Assembly: GCA_040776945.1 (NCBI GenBank) | Contig: JAXGZN010000002.1 | Span: forward strand, 320,001 to 384,000 | Direction: 5' to 3' | Length of the DNA stretch: 64,000 bases | From: Methanomassiliicoccaceae archaeon | GTDB taxonomy: Archaea; Thermoplasmatota; Thermoplasmata; Methanomassiliicoccales; Methanomassiliicoccaceae | Shown here: piece by piece, positions 62,304 through 64,000 of the stretch | How positions within the stretch are numbered: the stretch's first letter is position 1 | Layout: every line of letters begins with the position of its first letter | The notes under the pieces: model-generated | Databases searched by the model: none | The model's input: only the letters and a program-made list of their open reading frames with translations | Told to the model about the DNA's origin: nothing | Position numbers and translations under genes: made by a program

Positions 62304-64000
62304 CTATCCACGTCTCCGCAGGCCGAACACGACCGCGATGGCCCCTGAGGAGACCAGGGCCGCGATGCCCAAATATGCCAGGGGCGGGCCGCTCTCCGCC
62401 TCCATCCTCAGCGAGATCGGCACGCTCGCCTGCGCCGCAGAGATGTTCACGTCAGCCGTCATTACCTGATAACCGTCCTTGGTAACGCTTATGGCATATC
62501 GGCCCGGCGGGACGTCGGCGAAAAGGAAGGAACCATCCCTGTCCGTCGTCGTCCTCATGCCGTTGCTCAAGGCCACAACGGCATCCGACACTGCCTTGCC
62601 GCCGCTGTCAAGGACCACCCCACTGATGCTTTGCCCGTTCCCCTCGGTGGTGAACGACCAACTGTGGCTGAAGGCCCTGCCCTCGATGTCCACGCCGGCC
62701 ACGGTGGCCTGGTAGACCGTGTTCGACGAGAGGGGGACGGAGGGAGTGAAGATCGCCTCGCAGCCTTTCCACGAAACGGAGCCGGAAACCCCCCCAACGA
62801 CGATGCTCACCGTGCTCCTGGCGACCTGGTCCTTGAACGATACGACCACCGGGGCGTCTCGCGGGGCATCGGCGCCGGACGGGAAGACGGTCATAGTGGG
62901 AACGCCAAGGCTCACGGTGAAGGCGGTGGAGGCCTCCACGATGTTGCCTGCCCGGTCCTGGACCCTGACGACCGCGGTGTGTGCTCCGCTGGACAGGGAA
63001 CGGAAGGTATACGACGAGCCGGCAGCGGTCGCCGGGGCGCCGCCGTCCAGCGATACGGTCGCCTTCCCGATCCCGGTGCCGACATCGGACGCTGACCATT
63101 CCACCGTGACCATGGCCGACCCGAAGATGGTGCTTGGGTCCGGAGCGGTCAAGGAAAGCGCAGGCGGGACGGTGTCAACGGTCACCGCCGCCTCGGCCGC
63201 GGCCGGCTTCCTCTCGACATCGGTCGAGTTCCTGGCCAATGAATAGAGCTCGTACCTCCCATCGGCCGGCACCTTGAACTGGACGGGCGACAAGGTGAAC
63301 ATGCCGTCAGGGGCAGAGGGATCGGAATACATCGTCCAAGGGGATCCGCCAGTGCGGTAGTAGAGGGAGAAGCGGTCCGCATCGGTCACGCTCACAGGCA
63401 CCTGGACGGTGCGGCTGTTGGAGTAAGGGCTCAGCCCGCTGATGCGGGATGTCATCGGGGCGGGGAGGACCTTTCCGGTGGTGAGGACCATGTCGTCGAT
63501 CATCACCCCGGGATAGTGGCCCACAGTGTCCATGCTGGTCTTGTACTCCCACTCCATCCAGACCGTCCCGGGCGGCAGCTCGATGACCACCTGCTGCCAG
63601 CCGCCGCTGTCGGCCGCCGGCTGCTTCCACGCCGTCCAGGTCGAGAGGCCGTTGTTGAGGTTAACGCACAGATAGTCGGTGAGCTCGCCGGTGTAGCCAG
63701 GGTCATGCGTCTTGGCCCAGTACCAGAACGACAGCGTCATGCCGTCATAGCGGGCGGCGTTCGGCGGAGCATACCTGACCCAGGAGTCCATGCCTGGGTC
63801 GGGGTAGCCGTTCACCAGGTTGCTGACGCCATTTATGGAGTTCGTCCCAATCTTGGCGCCGTACAGCACAGATGAGGAGGAATGGGCGGTGACGGTGTAA
63901 CCCACCGCTCGGGAGAGCGTGTTCAGCGAGTCGGCGTTGGCACGGCACCACTGGTCGTCATCATGTCCCGCGGCATACTCTCCACGGGACCATCCCAGGG
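62304..64000 (-). CDS. Cell-surface protein (partial, 5' end outside window), paralog of 38530..40593
   Basis: Frame open to the window edge (..DDQWCR..); shares LSFWYW, DYL, PADGRYE and VDT.PP with the 38.5-kb protein; carboxypeptidase-regulatory-like domain; TM tail followed by RRR; ends in TAG. Confidence 0.85.
   Translation of the reverse strand, partial: LGWSRGEYAAGHDDDQWCRANADSLNTLSRAVGYTVTAHSSSSVLYGAKIGTNSINGVSNLVNGYPDPGMDSWVRYAPPNAARYDGMTLSFWYWAKTHDPGYTGELTDYLCVNLNNGLSTWTAWKQPAADSGGWQQVVIELPPGTVWMEWEYKTSMDTVGHYPGVMIDDMVLTTGKVLPAPMTSRISGLSPYSNSRTVQVPVSVTDADRFSLYYRTGGSPWTMYSDPSAPDGMFTLSPVQFKVPADGRYELYSLARNSTDVERKPAAAEAAVTVDTVPPALSLTAPDPSTIFGSAMVTVEWSASDVGTGIGKATVSLDGGAPATAAGSSYTFRSLSSGAHTAVVRVQDRAGNIVEASTAFTVSLGVPTMTVFPSGADAPRDAPVVVSFKDQVARSTVSIVVGGVSGSVSWKGCEAIFTPSVPLSSNTVYQATVAGVDIEGRAFSHSWSFTTEGNGQSISGVVLDSGGKAVSDAVVALSNGMRTTTDRDGSFLFADVPPGRYAISVTKDGYQVMTADVNISAAQASVPISLRMEAESGPPLAYLGIAALVSSGAIAVVFGLRRRG

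Noticed and set aside
41117-62306. Complete reassignment of UAG to Pyl in this genome
   Set aside because: Several genes end in TAG exactly at their family C-terminus (mtmB2, pylS, the MtaA/MtbA-type gene, the surface protein), and their extensions look non-homologous.

Overview
Archaeal chromosomal window, most consistent with a Methanomassiliicoccales methanogen (Methanomassiliicoccus-like). Evidence is a PylS lacking its N-terminal domain and a tRNA-Pyl with a broken anticodon stem. Positions 1-~15.5 kb are a largely AT-rich, decaying accessory region: surface-glycan genes, IS1634, IS110 and IS5 elements, and gene remnants. The rest is GC-rich core-like DNA. Its centre is a complete pyrrolysine cassette (pylT-pylS-pylB-pylC-pylD-ramA, then mtmC2-mtmB2) divergent from mtmC1-mtmB1 and an Rh-like ammonium/methylammonium channel. 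The most striking signals concern how UAG is read. (1) The two otherwise divergent mtmB paralogs share a perfectly identical 68-nt block around the Pyl codon, including a stem-loop 6 nt downstream of UAG (candidate Pyl-insertion element). (2) pylS itself ends in UAG at the junction with pylB, while the other pyl/ramA junctions are UGA overlaps, suggesting a Pyl-sensing translational-coupling feedback switch. (3) mtmB2 carries one UAG read as Pyl and another read as stop. (4) An ECF S-component needs UAG read-through to be full length. Also notable is a pair of RNase III paralogs that both lack catalytic residues. All calls are by eye from the sequence and ORF track; no database searches were run.
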